From Acidobacteriota bacterium (GTDB lineage Bacteria > Acidobacteriota > Terriglobia > Bryobacterales > Bryobacteraceae), in contig JBEHXG010000002.1 of NCBI GenBank assembly GCA_048498815.1, positions 134,350 to 198,349 on the forward strand: a stretch of 64,000 nucleotides of DNA, written 5' to 3'. Below the pieces are notes generated by a model, which ran no database searches, was not told where the DNA came from, and saw only the letters and a program-made list of their open reading frames with translations. This document shows, piece by piece, positions 61,644 to 64,000 of the stretch (the first letter of the stretch is position 1; each line of letters begins with the position of its first letter). The translations under genes and the position numbers were made by a program.

Positions 61644-63041
61644 ATGCCAACGTTAAGTCAGAAAATCTGGAACTCCCACGTAGTTCATGAAGAGCCCGGC
61701 GCGCCTTCCCTGCTCTACATTGATCTTCATCTCGTCCATGAAGTCACCTCGCCCCAGGCCTTTTCCGGACTCCGCGCGCGCGGCATCAAAGTCCGCCGCC
61801 CGGATCGCACCCTGGGCACGGTGGATCACTCCATTCCCACCACCGACCGTTCGCTGCCCATCGTCGATCCCATCGCCGCGAAGCAGGTCGTCCAGTTTGA
61901 AGAGAACTGCAAAGAGTTCGGCATTCCGTACTTCGGCACGAAGTCCGAACACCAGGGCATCTGCCACGTCATTGGACCCGAGCAGGGCGCAACCCAGCCC
62001 GGCATGACCGTCGTCTGCGGTGACAGCCACACCGCGACACACGGCGCGTTCGGCGCGCTCGCCTTCGGCATCGGAACCAGCGAAGTCGAAAACGTGCTGG
62101 CCACTCAGTGCCTGTTGCAGCGCCCTTCCACCTCATTCCGCGTACGTGTCGACGGCACGCTGAAAAACGGTGTTGGCGCGAAGGACATCATCCTTGCTCT
62201 GATCGCCCGCATCGGCATTGGCGGCGGCACCGGCGCGGTGATGGAATACTCCGGCTCCGCCATCCGCTCGCTCGATATGGAAGGCCGCATGACGGTCTGC
62301 AACATGTCGATTGAAGGCGGCGCGCGCGCCGGCCTGATCGCGCCGGACGACACGACATTCAACTATCTCCACGGACGCCCCATGGCCCCCAAAGGCGCCG
62401 CATGGGACGCCGCCGTCGCCCGCTGGAAGCAACTCCCGTCCGACGAAGGCTCGGCCTTTGATCGCGAAGAAGTCATCGACGCCGATTCGCTCACCCCGAT
62501 GATCACCTGGGGTACCAACCCCGGCATGGGAATTCCGGTGAACGGAGCAATCCCCAACCCGTCAAACATCGGCGACCTGCGCGAACGCGAGTCCGTAGCG
62601 AAGGCCCTCGCCTACATGGGTCTCGAAGCGGGCAAGCCGATCCTCGGCCATCCCGTCAACGTGGTTTTCATCGGTAGCTGCACCAACTCCCGCATTACCG
62701 ATCTTCGCGCCGCTGCCGCCGTTCTCAAAGGCCGCAAGGTCAACCCGAATGTGCGCGTAATGGTTGTCCCCGGCTCCATGGACGTGAAGCGGCAGGCAAT
62801 CGCCGAAGGCTTGCCGGACATCTTCCGCGCCGCCGGTTGCGATTACCGCGAACCCGGCTGCTCCATGTGCATCGCGATGAATGGCGATCAGCTCAGCCCC
62901 GGTGAATACAGCGTTTCCACCAGCAACCGCAACTTTGAAGGCCGTCAGGGCAAGGGCGGACGTACCTTCCTCGCCTCCCCTCTGACCGCCGCCGCCAGCG
63001 CCCTCACCGGCGCCGTTACCGATGTGAGGACCCTTCTGTGA
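61644..63041 (+). CDS. leuC: 3-isopropylmalate dehydratase large subunit
   Basis: [20 protein letters not shown] and CGDSHT are present. Fe-S ligand contexts are GSCTNSRI and [17 protein letters not shown] is also present. Confidence 0.92.
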   Translation: MPTLSQKIWNSHVVHEEPGAPSLLYIDLHLVHEVTSPQAFSGLRARGIKVRRPDRTLGTVDHSIPTTDRSLPIVDPIAAKQVVQFEENCKEFGIPYFGTKSEHQGICHVIGPEQGATQPGMTVVCGDSHTATHGAFGALAFGIGTSEVENVLATQCLLQRPSTSFRVRVDGTLKNGVGAKDIILALIARIGIGGGTGAVMEYSGSAIRSLDMEGRMTVCNMSIEGGARAGLIAPDDTTFNYLHGRPMAPKGAAWDAAVARWKQLPSDEGSAFDREEVIDADSLTPMITWGTNPGMGIPVNGAIPNPSNIGDLRERESVAKALAYMGLEAGKPILGHPVNVVFIGSCTNSRITDLRAAAAVLKGRKVNPNVRVMVVPGSMDVKRQAIAEGLPDIFRAAGCDYREPGCSMCIAMNGDQLSPGEYSVSTSNRNFEGRQGKGGRTFLASPLTAAASALTGAVTDVRTLL

Positions 63042-63643
63042 TCGCCTTTACTCCCTTTCAATCGCGCCTCGTGCCGGTGCTGATGAACAACATCGATACC
63101 GATCAGATCATCCCCGCGCGCTTTCTCAAGACCATCTCGAAAGAAGGGCTCGATAAGAACCTCTTCTGCGACTGGCGATACAACGCCGACGGTTCGGAAA
63201 AGGCCGACTTCATCCTGAACACACCGCGCGGCAAAGGTGCGCAGATACTGCTGGCAGGAGACAACTTCGGCTGTGGCAGTTCCCGCGAACACGCTCCCTG
63301 GGCCCTGACTCAGTTCGGCTTCCGCGCCGTCATCAGCACCAGCTTTGCCGACATCTTCAAAGGCAACGCGCTCAAGAATTCGCTGCTGCCAATCGTCGTA
63401 TCGCCCGAAGTGCACGCAAAACTCGTGGCGCTTCCCGAAGACGCGCAGATCAAGGTGGACCTGCCTTCGCAGCGCATCATTCTGCCGGATGGCACAAGCG
63501 CCGAGTTCCCCGTCGACCCCTTCAGCAAGACCTGTCTACTCGAGGGAATCGACGAACTCGGCTGGATCCTCAAGCAGGCTCCGTCGATCGAAGCCTATGA
63601 AGCTTCGCACCCCGGAACGTTGAACACCTTAGTCGCGGCATAA
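63038..63643 (+). CDS. leuD: 3-isopropylmalate dehydratase small subunit
   Basis: The GTG overlaps the leuC stop (GTGA). [14 protein letters not shown] and [17 protein letters not shown] blocks are present, with F.AVI..SFADIF.GNA following. Confidence 0.9.
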   Translation: MIAFTPFQSRLVPVLMNNIDTDQIIPARFLKTISKEGLDKNLFCDWRYNADGSEKADFILNTPRGKGAQILLAGDNFGCGSSREHAPWALTQFGFRAVISTSFADIFKGNALKNSLLPIVVSPEVHAKLVALPEDAQIKVDLPSQRIILPDGTSAEFPVDPFSKTCLLEGIDELGWILKQAPSIEAYEASHPGTLNTLVAA

Positions 63644-63647
63644 ACCA

Positions 63648-64000
63648 ATGAAGAAGCTGTCTGCGGGAATTCTGCTTTGCGCGGGTTGGGCAATCGCGCA
63701 AAGCGGAAGCTCCGCGCGGCCGGCCTTCACTCCCACCGCGTCCGCGCCGGAGTTGCATCTCGAAGGCGAGAACCTCACCTTCGTCAAGCGCACTCTCTAC
63801 GACTACATCCGCAGCGGTCAATACGAAAAGGAAATCGCGCAGGTAGTCGCTCCCGCTCATGCGTGGATCGCAACTCGCGCGGCCTCGGCTACGCCAAACG
63901 AAAAACTGGCAGCAGTCTTTGACATCGACGAAACCTCCATCAGCGGCCTTCGCAACATGCTCGATTGCGACTTCTGCCCACCCGCCGTACAGCGATCCAT
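63648..64000 (+). CDS. 3'-truncated secreted HAD-superfamily acid phosphatase (class B / plant-type acid phosphatase-like)
   Basis: This ORF is not in the track because it runs off the window. ATG at 63648 gives MKKLSAGILLCAGWAIAQS (signal) ...YDYIRSGQYEKEIAQVV.PA..WI......EKLAAVFDIDETSISG, which carries the HAD motif I DxDET. Confidence 0.55.
   Translation, partial: MKKLSAGILLCAGWAIAQSGSSARPAFTPTASAPELHLEGENLTFVKRTLYDYIRSGQYEKEIAQVVAPAHAWIATRAASATPNEKLAAVFDIDETSISGLRNMLDCDFCPPAVQRS

Overview
A high-GC (about 60%) chromosomal segment that I attribute to an Acidobacterium. Three Acidobacteria-associated TIGRFAM-type families occur together here: TIGR03435 (decayed), the TIGR03436 VWFA domain, and three TIGR03437 (Soli_cterm) paralogs. 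There are also two PEP-CTERM proteins. About 50 protein genes are supportable. I found no rRNA, tRNA, CRISPR array or recognisable IS/transposase. Housekeeping blocks (pncB-pncA, greA, dtd, purM-purN, amtB-glnK, a DEAD-box helicase, leuA-leuB-leuC-leuD) alternate with envelope, secreted and accessory genes. These include a duplicated-permease anion ABC system beside cytochrome P460, a 1263-aa TPR/VWA protein, a GldA/F/G-like ABC module plus DUF4340, an OmpA-domain protein, a GH115 glycosidase, an M2 (ACE-like) peptidase, and a PEP-CTERM/glycosyltransferase/sulfotransferase cluster. The best candidates for something undescribed are: (1) a translationally coupled DEDDh exonuclease plus Pol-beta-type nucleotidyltransferase pair at 57.2-58.9 kb, whose NTase frame is broken once, lying between gene debris and a low-GC repeat region; (2) a phased 21-22 bp CGAACCCAT repeat array plus a perfect palindromic copy directly upstream of a leuA that lacks its allosteric domain; (3) a PEP-CTERM protein co-transcribed with two glycosyltransferase-like genes and divergent from a sulfotransferase-like gene. 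All family assignments come from motif recognition by eye. No database search was run. Many long ORFs in the supplied track are antisense shadows of real genes, as expected at this GC content, and are not called.
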